This document shows, piece by piece, positions 11,621 through 25,400 of a stretch of 64,000 nucleotides of DNA; within the stretch, counting starts at the first letter, position 1; every line of letters begins with the position of its first letter. Source of the stretch: Octopus bimaculoides (taxonomy: Eukaryota); the NCBI RefSeq assembly GCF_001194135.2, contig NC_068989.1:85577268-85641267 (forward strand), written 5' to 3'. The translations under genes and the position numbers were made by a program. The notes under the pieces are model-generated. The model was not told the DNA's origin. It did not search any database and worked only from the letters and a program-made list of their open reading frames with translations.

Positions 11621-13874
11621 TTTCCTTTATATACATATATATATACACACACACCCATATATATATATATTTCGTTTTTAAGAAAATGACTCTCCCCAGA
11701 CACAACAGTATATATATATATATNNNNNNNNNNNNNNNNNNNNNNNNNNNNNNNNNNNNNNNNNNNNNNNNNNNNNNNNNNNNNNNNNNNNNNNNNNNNN
11801 NNNNNNNNAGGGAGAGAGGCTGGGTGAGAGAAAGGGCAAAGAGGCAGACAGACTGAGAGCAGCTGGATCTAACACTAAAGTATTTATTAGATGGAAGAAA
11901 TGTTTGTGCAAAGAATTCAAAATGTCATAGTTGTTAAACGGGTCTATATTTCAATGCAGACCTGTTAAATTTCAATAAACACAAAATAACTAAAACGTTT
12001 AGCTAACACAATAAATAGCATTTGGTTTATACTCTAAAATCATTTGACCTACCAGAATTACATTGCACTGTGCCTTCAGATTGTATATTCACAAATAGCA
12101 TGGAAGACAATACAATACAGTGTGCTGGCTGGCTGGCTGGCTGGCTGTTATTGAAATTATAGTGACCAGCTGCCAGTTTTGTGGTATCTGGCTACTAATC
12201 ATTGGAAGGTTAAGAATGCCAATAACTTTAAATATGAAAGAATGAGAACAGAGGAATCAATGAATACTTTTAAAATGAATTACTAGCAAAACAATTGGAA
12301 AATAATATCTTTCATTTGTTTCAGTCATGAGACTGTGGTCATGCTGGGGCAACTGGTGCTTACTCTATCAATTTTTCTTTTTTTTTTTTTGGCAAACCAC
12401 TAAGTTACAGGGATGTAAACACACCAACACTTGTTGTTAAGTGGTGGTGAGGGACAGACACAGGTACAAACACACATACACACACATATACAACGGGCTT
12501 CTTTTTGGTTTCTGTCTACCAAATCCATTCACAAAGCTTTAGTCAGCCTGAGGCTATAGTAGAAGACACTTACCCAAGGTGCCACACAGTGGGACTGAAC
12601 TCAAAACCATGTGGTTTGGAAGCAAACTTCTTACCACACAGTCACATTAAGGAATATTTATAATAATAATAATAATATAAATAATATATAAATATACGCA
12701 TATATCCATACATATATGTACATACCTACATATATATGTACATGCATATATGGGTACAGGACGTGAAAAAATGTTGAACACAATGAGAAACGAAAACATA
12801 AAAACGAACTTTTTTTCGAACAACGAAAAAAATAAAGAGAAACGAAATATGCAGCATAAAGAGTATACCCCTTCGTCAGTTGTCCCTGTTCCATCTACTC
12901 GGCTGTGTGGTAAGTAACTTGCTTACTAACCTTATGGTTCTAGGTTCAGTCCCACTGCATGGCACCTTGGACAAGAGTCTTCTGCTATAGCCTCAGGCTG
13001 ACCAAAGCCTTGTGAGTGGATTTGGTAGACAGAAGCTGAAAGAAGCCCATTGTATATATGTATATATCTAATATAATAAATGTGAAAACTAATTTCCGTG
13101 TGTCAGTGTGTCACACTTAGACCACACCTCTCTCACTTTTCAATGACACTTCTACTATTCCTCATGATGGGGTGAGAGTAATAGTAGGCATAAAGATGGT
13201 GAGGGTGGTGGCAAAGACAGAGAGAGAGAGAAGGAAAAGAGAGGGAGAGAAAGAGAGACAAAAAAATTTAGGGAGAGTTGATAATGTTTTATTAAAAGTA
13301 ATAGTGTTGATGGTGGCAGTGGGAGTAATAATAAAAGAGAGAGAAAGAGTGAGTGTGTGAAAGAAAGAGGGAGATGATGTACAACTTTGTTAAACCATGT
13401 CTCTTTGACAGAAATTCCTGTCGCCAACATACTGAATACTATCCTCTAAGTGATGGCTGCACCCCATCCATTTTTCATTATTTTCTCCATCCTAAAAGAG
13501 GTCACCATCCTTGAACTCATGTCTCATGCCAGTAACTATACAATGGTAAAGAACTAAATAAATAAATTAATGGTAAAAGACATTCCAAATCCGAAACGAA
13601 ATCCCTCCCCCTCCCTCTCTCTACCTATCTATTTGTCTGTCTATCTATCTGTCTATCCATCTATCTATCTATCTATCTATCTATCTCAATGGTGGTGGTG
13701 GTGGCTAAGGCAGGGATGATGGTGATAGTAAGTGATGTAAGGTGGTGAGCTGGCAGAAACAGCACACCAAGCGAAATGCTTAGTGGTAGTTCATCTGTCT
13801 TTATGTTTTGAGTTCAAATTCCACCAAGATCGACTTTGCCTTTCGTCCTTTCAGGGTCGATAAATTAAGTACCA

Positions 13875-14800
13875 AAACTCCAAAGCAAAGATTTTTCTAT
13901 GCATGCATTAATTAGTGAATGTTAAGTGGCTTTGCAAACTACTGGAAGAATTTGTCAGAAATCTCCACTAAGGACTAATAATTTTCCTCCAAGGAGTTGC
14001 TTGTCATTCACGACTTCCTGTAGTGTGCATTTTAAAGTTTCAAGAAGTATGTTGGTGGTACATTGGGGCTTCCCCCCACACCAACAGTTGCACATCATAT
14101 AAAAGGCATCCAGATGCATCATTGAGACATGTCACATTGAAGCCAATGTTACAGGAATGGGGAACTGAAAGTGGGAATGAGAAATGCAGCTGAACTTCAG
14201 CAGTGTCACCGTGATACCAGAGAAAGCTGTAGCAAGGGCAGTTTCACTGTTTTTGCAAACATAAGACAGCAATAAGTTTAACAGGAAATTCTTGCCTGTT
14301 ACACCTGGAGCATCAAGGAATAAGCAAATCCCTTTCGTTGTTGTCGATTTTTTTGTTTTGACTGTTTCAAAGACAATCCTGTTCATTTTTGACCACATCA
14401 ATGTAATTATTGTAGTAGGTCTCTACTGAAGGATCTATTTCATCTTGACAGGTGCAGTCTGTTTTTGGTTATTAGCAGCAGGTAAATCAAAATCAACTGT
14501 TGAACGGTTAGATAAAAAATGATATGTTTTCTTTTGCCTAGCATAACGTTGGGGGAGGGGGCAAATTAAGTGTTTTTACAGCATTTTTGACTCTGAGACA
14601 AAATATATTTCTTACAAATATTCATTTCCTTACTAAAACTATATCAGCTAAGGAAATGACCTTCCCTAAATGCATTAAAAGCATTATAATATAATCTGAT
14701 CGCTATTTCAGAAAATTATTGCCGTTCTCTTTGAGCATATAAAAGACAAATTTGGTTGGGGCAAAATGAGTAAGGCAAGATAAGATAGATTTGCCACCTC
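13875..14800 (-). mobile_element. Helitron PIF1-like helicase remnant with frameshifts and stops
   Basis: FLDAPGVTGKNFLLNLLL...ALATAFSGITVTLL...SHSHFQFP (Walker A region), then in a shifted frame LLVWGEAPMYH...LLGGKLLVLSGDF*QILPVV...INACIEKSLLWSF. These match Helitron motifs GGTGKT, IIWDE and GDFRQILPV. Similarity is weaker above 14400. Confidence 0.85.
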
Positions 14801-16094
14801 AATTTTCCAGAAAACAGACTCATACACATCAACATCTATCCCTTGACATAAGAAAGATCAGAAATGCCAATAATAATTTTAAATGTTTTGGTCAAATGAA
14901 AGAGGATCAGGGAAAAATGGCCTGTGATATGAAATTAAGAAAACTCTACTGAACAGAAAAAAAAACTCAACATGAAATGTTATTTATAGCTTCATCACGA
15001 TCTGCTGGAGTGTCCTCTTTGTGATATATTTACTTGCCATGCAGTTAAAGAGAAGAAATTATTGAAATTTGGCAGTGGTGCTATTAAGTTAGACATGGTC
15101 TGGACCAATCTTTGGTCGAAACAAATCTAAGTTTTTATCTAAACTTATTTTACCCCATTTTAGACATCATTTTTTGAAACATGAAAATTATCAAATTAGA
15201 GATTAGTGTGGGAAAAAAATTGATTTGAAATTCAACAGAGAAAAGAATATTGGTTGATAAACAACAAAAATTATCTTGATGTTATATTAGCAACCTCAAT
15301 TACAATCAAGTCAAAATTGAGGGAAAATTTCTTGAAAAAAAAATAGACCTGCTACTTGACTACGTTTCGCGCTTTCTCAACTTCAACAACTACACTGACC
15401 AGTTTTTACTCCTGAAGATGATGGAACAGTACAAAATAATGATGTAATGTAATAATTTCGAACAGGTAGGGAGAAAATAACGAGAAAACAGAAGTTACTC
15501 ATTTTGCCCCGGTTACTAATTTTTCCTCCCCGCCTCACCATTTAACTTTTTAAACACCAAAAGTTTTCACTATTGTCGAAGGATTTGAATTCCAGACGTT
15601 TGTATTCGTCATACTGGATAAAAAGTTGCTTTCACTTTAACTGGAAGATTTATCTGCAACCTTATCACTTTTTGTTTCACTTAGGTGGACGCTATTCTAC
15701 ACGTATACCTCTACAGATAACTTGAGTGGTAATACTACAAACGGTCGCGGTTTGGTATTCTATTGGCAAAATCAGTAGAGCGATGGAAAAAATAACTTTG
15801 CTGGATTTAATAACGTCTATTTACGTCCAGAGTTCAAATCCAGTAAGGGGGAATAAAATAAACCTTGGTCATGTACTAAGTTTTTAAGGGAGAGGATTAT
15901 ACTCTCAGCACCTTTGTATCTATGGAACTTATTAAAAATCCTGTGTGACTATTTTCGGGGACATTCAATGGCTAATTGTTGTTATTTTAAAATAAATTAT
16001 ATAAATGTTCGTACAGTTGAACTTAATGAGTTAAATTAATTTATAAATAAATAAATAAAACAAATTTTATTTATTTAATTAAACAAAGTTTTCT

Positions 16095-16240
16095 TGCGAT
16101 TGGCGTCGTTAAGTAAAATTTCTGTCACATCAACATCAACAGTTAGCAATTTCATCCAATCAGGAAGTAGCTTTCAATTCAGTCCGGAGCACTTTGGCGG
16201 TAAAAATGGATGGATTGTTTGAAATGCCCAGAATTTGAAT
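16095..16240 (+). promoter_or_regulatory. Candidate DBF4 cell-cycle promoter
   Basis: ATTGG 16099-16103, CCAAT 16156-16160, E2F-type TTTGGCGG 16193-16200, CHR-type TTTGAA 16218-16223 and TTTGAAT 16234-16240, within a locally CpG-containing segment 3 kb upstream of the first coding exon. Confidence 0.55.
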
Positions 16241-19169
16241 CTGATCTGCGGCATTTCCTCTTATGGAAGCAAGCTTTCTTCACCCGATCTCCTATGGTAC
16301 TTCTGGAATTCGGTACTTTGGTTCGTGATTTTTGATTTCTCCTTCATTTTCTATAAAGTTATTCTGTTCATTTAACGATTAATTCCAGTTAACACTTTGA
16401 AAATCTCAGGCGTTTGCGGTCGTCTGTTTAATGTTATTGTCTGTTTTAGATTTTGGATTTTTGCCAGTTAATATTTATAATAGAAAATATATAATTTCAC
16501 TGACATAGCTGTTATAATTCTATGCTTGTAAATTATAGATGTTTATTCAAAACATTTGTACGGATCCTACCCAGTAAAAATAACCATCCACCAAGAAACG
16601 TTAAATGACCCTTAACTAATTTACTCTTCCAAACAAACTTGTGGTCTCTTACAAAAACCTTAAACGAATACAATAAACCATCCAACAGGCGCCTGAACGA
16701 AATGCACGCATGTGAAACACTCAATATCGAGGGAGTGGATCCATCATTAGATAAAAGTAATTACACTCTAATATATGTATTGAGTATTTTTCTACCGTTT
16801 ACATGTGTGTATAGCCACAATCCATATATATATGTATATATATATATTTATAGATAACTGGTTTTCTGATTTCAATTATTCGACCCAGTCATACTGGAAT
16901 CACCGCAACTTGAGGTGATTTTAGTATGTCATATCGGCCCCAGTACTTCTTTCAGTCTGGTATTTATCGTTCTCTGTCGAATAGCTGAGCTGTCTTTTTA
17001 CATAAATAAGCTGTAGTACACTCGCTCGAGTACTAAAAAGACATTGGACAACCTGAGATTGTAGTAGGAGACCCTTGCCTATAGTCAAAGCTGGGACCAT
17101 GCAATTGCAAACAACCACCAACAATGCCTGCGCCTGTATTATATTTCAAGTCACGACATTTTAAAATAAGCTATGTGGGGTTATACGAAAGTTACCGACA
17201 TATAATATTTCTTCTTGGGAGCCTCTACTTGGTCGCTCATTCTACTAGAAATTACAGCCAAATCTCTTTTAAATCGTTCCCGAGTGTTTTGAAAATGTAA
17301 GGATACTGAATAATGTCCTGGTTATACAAGATAGATGGTCACGGTTGGAATGCTTTTTTAATTATAGGTCTGCTTGACCAAGGTTGATCTAGGGTTAAAC
17401 GAATAATAACCAATTATAGTACTATTATTTGTATTTACGAGCTTATGAGGGTTACTAAGTGGTTACTTAACTTACTAGACATAGTGACCAAATAACACTA
17501 TCATAAAAATGAATGCATTAGATATATGTAGTCTTAGCTACAATATGTGTGAATAGAAAATATAATGGTTACCAGAAACATCTATTATAGGTTTGCTGGA
17601 TCTGGCTTAACCTGGTACTAAGCAATCATATTTTTATTAAACCACACTCTTAAAAATAGATATTGTATACTTCATTGGATAATGCAATATTAAATACATG
17701 ATGCCTGAAAGTTAACAGACTTGGTCGTGGTTGGAATGTTTTTGATTATAGATTTTCTCAATCAGGACTGAGCTGGGACTAAACTTTATGTTCCTGATAT
17801 TAATATGTAATAGCGTGACCGTCCCAGCAGGTTGCTGTGTTATTAAAAACTTGGATTTTCAACTCTATGGTTTAAGGTTCAATTGCAACTGTCTAACACT
17901 TTGGGCAAGTATCTTCTACTAGGGTCTTATTCAGTAGCTGGAAATTATGGAAACCAATTGTTGTGTTAGATTTAATCCATTATCTTGTTTAGTACCACTA
18001 CCATATGGCCTTTGAATACCTTTATCAGGGTCCTCTCTGTTTCATTTCTTTGGGTCACGTCTGATGTGAGGATAACTTCCTCCTACCTTTTAGAGAGGCT
18101 TTGATTAACTCATTAAAAAAAGACCTTTTCCCTCCTCTTTCGTTTTCTTGCAATCTTCATAAAAACACTTATTAGGAATGGCATGAAAACCATAATGATA
18201 TACAGTATTTATGTATGTGGAGGCACATGGCTTAGTGGTTAGGGTGTTGTACTCATGATTGTAAGATGGTGGTTTCAATTCCTGGATTGGGCGATGTGTT
18301 GTGTTCTTGAACAAAACATTTCATTTCACAGTCCACTCAACTGGCAACAATAAGTAATCCTGCAAACAGACCAGCATCCTGTCCAGGGAAGAATATATAC
18401 GCAAGAGGACACAGGAAACTGATCCTAGGCCCCTTACAGAGTAATGTAGACTAACCATATTTATGTATACAAAACTGATGGTCCATTTTTAAGATGATAG
18501 TGTTATTTGGTCACTATGTCTAGTAAGTTAAGTAACCCTCATAGACATGTAAATACAAATAATAGTACTATAATTGGTTATTGTTCATTTAACCTTAGAC
18601 CAGCCCCGATCAAGTAGACCTATAATTAAAGAGGCATTCCAACCGTGACCATCTATCTTGTATAACCAGGACATTATTCAGTGTCCTTACAATTTCAAAA
18701 CACTAGGGAACGAATTAAAAGAGATTTGGCTGTAATTTCTAGTAGAATGAGCGACCAAGTATATGTGTGTATAGCCATGCCGGCTCACAAGAAGAAATAT
18801 TATGTCTGTAACTTTCGTTACCCAGTCCTTATGCATGCACATGTGTATATCTTATGTCTTTATTGCCCACAAGGGGCTAAACATAGAGGGGACAAACAAG
18901 GACAGACAAAGGGATTAAATCGATTACATCGACCCTGAACGGATGAAAGGCAAAGTCGACCTCGGCGGAATTTGAACTCAGAACGTAACAGCAGGCGAAA
19001 TACTGCTAAGCATTTCACTCGGCGTGCTAACGTTTCTGCCAGCACGCCGCACATGTGTATATCATGAATCTTACACTGGTTCACTTTCCTGACTTTTGTA
19101 CATAATTCTATGTACTATACATGCGCCTTTGATAAGTTGTAGTGCACTTGAGCACTATACACAATAATT

Positions 19170-19202
<33 letters not shown>

Positions 19203-19346
19203 TATTTAAAACATTTTCAAGTTTTTTTCACTATTTGAGAATATTTATAATATCTTAACCTTTTTTTTTAAATTCATTGTAGCTCACTGTTGAAATCACC
19301 AAGTTGGTGTGGACCACTTCCGAAAAACAAGACACAGCAAACAATA

Positions 19347-19416
19347 ATGAAAAGGAACAAAATTGTGAAGGACAATCGCTCTCATTCATGTGTCCCAAGT
19401 GGAACCAAACCATTAG
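19347..19416 (+). CDS. DBF4: DBF4 first coding exon (exon begins 19283): MKRNKIVKDNRSHSCVPSGTKPL
   Basis: Acceptor ttcattgtag at 19282, donor ag|GTGAGC at 19417, ATG in ataATGa context; phase 1 matches the next exon. Confidence 0.7.
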
Positions 19417-22400
19417 GTGAGCTGTTATATTCTATCAAGATATCTAGTGGAAGCATGTAGCTTAATGGTTAGGGTATTTGGCTCATGTTCATAAGGTCGT
19501 GAGTTTGATTCCTGGTGGCACATTGTGTCCTTGAGCAAGACACTTTATTTCACATTGCTCCAGTTCACTCAGCTGGCAATTCAAAGGACTAGCCTTGTCG
19601 CATTCTGTGCCACACTGATCTCTCCTAGAACTATGTTAAGGGTATGCATGTTATTTTCACAAGCAGGCTGTTGTGTTGATCAGATCAACTGGGACACTTG
19701 CCATTGTAACCAACAGAGTGCCAGTAATCGAGATTCCTTTTTCAGCCACAGTCATATTTCTAAGAAAGTAATTTTCAAAGTTTGTACACTGCTTTTTTTG
19801 GCTGTAGTAAATTGGTAAGACTGAGAGGCAACTGGATTTAAAATTTTACATACAGCTTGCTCTGCCTGACACATGAGCCACTCCATACAACATAGCCTGT
19901 CTGATAGCCATGTTGTACCTTGTATAACATATCCTCATACTGCACTCTATCAGAAGTTAGTGAGAGGGCCTTTACAAGATTACTTAACCTGCTAGAAATA
20001 GCAGTCACATTTTCATAGTCGTAATCTGGTTTTGGAAAAGAAAGAAAATATTGAATAATGTAGTCCTAGATACTCCTAAGTAAACTGATTAGTCATAGTT
20101 AAAATACATTTGATTAGGATTGACCTGGGGTAAACAACAATGTACTCTGTCTTAGAGCCATGCTGCATTCTCTACAATTGACCTTGTCTGGTAGCCATGT
20201 TACACCCCTACAACATGTCATTTCTGATAGCCATGTTGCACCTTGTACAGCAAACCCTGTACGGTTGCTATACAGTACACCATACAGTGATTCTCCTCCT
20301 TTTATTTAAATTTGCATATGTTAAGTGGTTGTGAACCATCTTCCTGTTTCAGAGCAACATCTTCAGTAACAGCAGCATTACTGAACTAGAATTTATTGAA
20401 CAAGACACTGTCCTGGCTTAGATATTTTCTTTGGGGTTCAAATCATACGAAAGGCAGCTTAACTTTTCATTCTTTAAATGTTAATAAAAAGAAACTACTC
20501 TGATGAAAAGCACCATCCAAACGTGGTCGATGCCAGAGACACGTAAAAAGCACCATCTGGACGTGGTTGATGTAAGTGCCTACTGACTGTGGCACGTAAA
20601 AAGTACCATCCAAATGTATTCGATGCCAGTGCCTGCCTACTGGCTCCCATGCCAGCGACACATAAAAAGCATCCAGTACACTCTCGGAGTGGTTGGCATT
20701 AGGAAGGGCATCCAGCTGTAGAAACCTTGCCAGATCAGATTGGAGCCTGATGCAGCCTACTGGCTTGCCAGTCCTCAGTCAAACTGTCCAACCCGTGCCA
20801 GCATGGAAAGCGGACGTTAAACGAAGACGATGATGATGGCTGTTGTTAAGCTTAGACAATAGCTACCTTTGTTGGGGTTTTAAGGTCACCTCCAAATCTG
20901 CATAGGCAAGGAAGAGGATTGCAGTATTTTCTCTATTGTTTCTTACATAAACATGCAGGAGAGAGTGGGGATGGGAATTTGTAAAGTTCATGCATTTCCC
21001 ATGATGCCACACAGTGGGACTGAACCCAGAACCAAGAGGTTGGGAGGCAAGCTTCTTACCACACAGCCACGCCTTGTTTTTTTGTTTTTAAATTTATTGA
21101 ATTAAAAAAAGAAACTCATATCTTTTGTACCTTGAACTTATTATTTAAATAATGTTTCTATATTGCTCAAAACAAAAGTGTTAATTTAAAATGAAACACA
21201 AATAGTTTTTTATTGTGACATTGAATTGTGTGTTTATGGTTGCTTTTTATCTCCATTGTTTATGAATGGAGAGATTATGTAGTGGGACATTGAGGTTAAC
21301 AATCAGTTCACACTGAAGGCTGCGATCAGATGATTCAGAGCAAAGATTCTCATTCAGTTACAAGTTGTTCAATAGATTGATAGAACTCTTATTCGACATT
21401 ATGTGACCTCTAATTTATTTAATTCTCAAAATTGAACCTTGAATTATCTGTAGATGTCAATGCTGGACATTTTGTCAGGATATTTTCTTTATAATTGTTC
21501 TCTGCAGTACACTCTTTTCTTTCACTTGAATTCATTTAATAATAAGGTTTCCATGCTGGTGCCACATAAAATACACCCAGAATACTCTGTAAAGTGGTTG
21601 GCATTAGGAAGGGCATCCAGCTGTAGAAACCTTGCCAAAACAGACAATTGAAGCCTGGTACAGCTCTCCAGCTCGCCAGCTCCTATCAAACTGTCCAACC
21701 CATGCCAGCATGGAAAACAGATATCAAATGATGATGATGATGTTTCCATTTAAAATAACAGGCCTGGGCATGGCTGCATGCTTCCTAACCATGTGGTTTC
21801 AGGTTCAGTCCCACTGCACAGCACTTTGGGCAATCCTAACAAACTGCTCAGCGTTGCCATCTATAGATAATTCAAGGTTCAATTTTAAGAAGAATTAAGT
21901 AAGTTAGAGCCCTGGGCCAACCAAACCCTTTTGTGGGGATTTGGTATATCTTATTTTAGCAACTATACTTTAAGAACACTTTTCTCTTCTGCTAATTCTG
22001 TTACCTAGATGTCCTAAGTAACAAACTATTAACCACCTCTAAGGGTCCTCTTGAACATTAGAGAAAATCTGTTTCCTGTGTATTCTTATTGTATATTGTT
22101 TCTGTGCATCTGCCACACGAAAAAGTCTACTTTTGCTGTTAACCTTCCTGTGATCCCACTGCACCTCTTATATGTCCACAGTTTGCACTGGGTACATCAT
22201 ATGGAATTCTGCCATTTGTGTCCATTTAGACGTTTCTAACTTTATTTCGATTTCAGCTTCAGGTGAAAGTTGTCTAAATAGCAGAAGAAAGCTTGACTTC
22301 AAAAACAAACTTCCACTTGATGGTAAAAGGATTTATCTTGACTTAAGAGGATTAAAACAGAGGAATGTTGAAGAAAGTTTAAGCAAATTTGGAGCAGTAA

Positions 22401-25400
22401 GTATATCTAACTTGACATTGAATTTCACTCAATCTACATCTTTATGTGAACTGAAATATACTCAGTGTGTGTGTGTACATGTTGGAATTCAGTATGTGTG
22501 GGTTGCAGTTATATTAGTGTATGCCTGTTAGAATTCATTCAGTCTTTTCTTGAATGTATATTGAAATTTGCTTTGTGTGTATCTGTGGAATGTCTACATG
22601 TGTTGTAGACTTACCAGTTCATTTGTCTACAGTACAAATTAAAAGGCCTTCATTATCATCCTATTTAAGTTCTCTCCCCAAACCATTCTTGGATGGCTCT
22701 CTTGTAGTCCCATGTCATCTGAAAGAAGAATACCTTGGTTTTTTTTTCGACATAGATTGGATACATTTTATCATTACACTGGTATTAGAGAGGTTGTCTG
22801 CAGCAGCCAGACTAAAGTATTCCTCTCTACCTATTTGCCAGTATGGTAAAAATAGTTTTACCTCCAATTTGTGTGCTTATATACAATATTCTATATGTGC
22901 TACATGTGTTGAATTGTTTCAAACAGTGTATGCATGTAAGAATTATCAATTTTAAGGGATACTTCACAGTTACTTTTAGGTATTCTTATATAAAGAACAT
23001 ATTCATTTCAGTTCTACATTTAAGAGATGAGGAATTATTTACATTTGATGGATATTTGTCCCCATCTTGTTTGTTGTTAACATAACATTTTGGCTGATAT
23101 ACCATCCAGCCTTCATCTGGTGTCTTGGGGAAATTTCAAACCTGGGTTCTCATTCCTATGGTATTTTTTGATGTTATTATTATTTAAGTCACTGCCTGGT
23201 ATCGAACTTGGAATCTTGGGGTTAGTAGCCTGTGCTCTTAACCACTACGTCATATGCGTTTGAAAGACAAGCTAGTTTTAAAAAAAAGATTTATTTTTTT
23301 AAAATTGCCCACTGGTATATGGTGTAGTGGTTAAGAGCGTAGCCTACTAACCCCAAGATTCCGAGTTCGATTCCAGGCAGCCACCTGAATAATAATAATA
23401 ACATCGAAAAATACCTTAGGAATGAGAACCCAGGTTTCGAAATTTCCCCAAGGCACCTGATGAAGGCTGGAGGGTATATTAGCCGAAACGTGTTGACAAC
23501 AAATAAGATGAGGACAAATATCCGTCAAATGTAAATAATGTTAACATATTCATTTGTTTTNNNNNNNNNNGTGGTGGGGGGGGGCAGTTTTTCCATGTTA
23601 GCCTGGGTTAAACAAACATATATTATTTGAGGCATTATTTTTGCAGCTGGATGCCCTTCTTGCTGTTTTTTTTTTCAAGTAAGGGAGCACTAAATCCTGG
23701 ACAATTTGTTGACAGAGAAATGTCAACGTCACTCTGCACTTAGAGTTTTTGGAGAAGTACAGAGTGTAAATATCCACAAAGACATGTGCATGCATGCACA
23801 CACACACACATTGAATTTAGTACATCCAGTTTGATATTTTATCACTCTCTAATCTGTTGGTCAATAATATAGTGGGACACAGAACCATTTTTTAGATTTG
23901 TGTAAATAGCACACACACACATGACTTCGCCTTTTATTTCCATTTTCTAAATTCCCTTCAAAATATGCTGTCCATTTGAGTTTATAGTGCAACACACTTA
24001 ACCAGGATACTCAAAACCATGTGGTTGTACTGGGAACCTGTTAACCATACAGCCTGCTCATTCCTATACACCTGTATATCCGTATATGTGTGCGTGTGTA
24101 GTTACATTTACTTTTATAATGATTCTATACTTATAGCATTTATGTGTATAAATGTCTTAGTGGGTTGGCTACCATACAGCCAGCCGATAGGTTAATTCGT
24201 GGAGATGTGTATATATTAATTTTTTTTCTCTTTTTCTTTTCAGATCATTGAGAAATTCCTCAGCAAAGAGATCCATTACTTTGTTACTGATCAGTCAAAA
24301 GTAAAAGAGAAAAATGATGATCCAAATGCCTCAGGAAGTCCAAGTGTCTATATGTCAAGCCCATTCAACAGTGGCCAAACTCCATCCCCTTCAACTTTTG
24401 ACAAAAAGGCTCTCTCGGTATGTCTGTTTGTCTTGCATCCACATCTCTCGCAAAGAGATGACTTTGTAACCTCCTGTCTTCTGTTATTATTTTCTCTCTT
24501 TCTGTTATCATTTCCTCACCTGTGCAAACATTTAGATGGTGGCAGTTGTCTGTTTTGACATGGTTTCTACAGTTGGATGCCCTTCCTAGTGACTGGTAGT
24601 AGGCAGAGAGGAAAGTCCCTGCAAACAGGAGACCTGATCTGATTGCTTCAAGAGCCAGGTGATGGGTTAAATCTACCTCCCATAGAGGCAGGCCATGGGT
24701 GGATTGGAATTCAGGGCCATGACAAATACTTGCAAGACATCCAACTGATGGTCTAACAATTTCAACAATCCATCAACCTTGGCTATTATTTCACTTTTGA
24801 CCTTGGAAGGAATTGATCTTAGAATGCAAGAAGCTGGAATAAATACAGCAAGGCATTTTATCCCACATTCTGTCAATTTGTCTGTAGAATAACTGTGTCC
24901 CCCTCCCTTCCATCTCATTAATGGTAAATGTGAAAATGTCAATATTTCCTTAATTGTTCAACACAACTTATGTCATTCTTTGTTTTACCAGGTTACTCGT
25001 GGAAAAGCCATGCTACAATGTGTTAAAATAGATTCTGTTGTAAGTTCATCACTATTCTATTGTCTTTCTCTTTTCCCATTCTGAAATAATGCAATTGGTG
25101 TCTTTATGGGTCATAGAAACACCACTGACCTCGTATCTGTAATGATTATAGAAACTCTAGTGACCTAACACGAAGCTGGACTTGTTAGAGATTAGAATAT
25201 GTTGTGTAACTGCAATACATCATTCTGGCTGCCAACACTTTTTTCTGCAAAATAGGGGTAGTTTATCCTGTTCAGGCTATATTATTAGCATTATTCTGCG
25301 ATTGAGAATTTAAAATCACTTCTTTAACTTTCTAAGACATCTCAACGCTTCTAAAAGCAAACTTCGTTTGTTTGTTTACGTTTATCATAATTTGAATTTA

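Noticed and set aside
23314-23390. tRNA gene-like sequences here and at other SINE heads
   Set aside because: No complete cloverleaf or acceptor stem; each continues into a SINE body present in multiple diverged copies.
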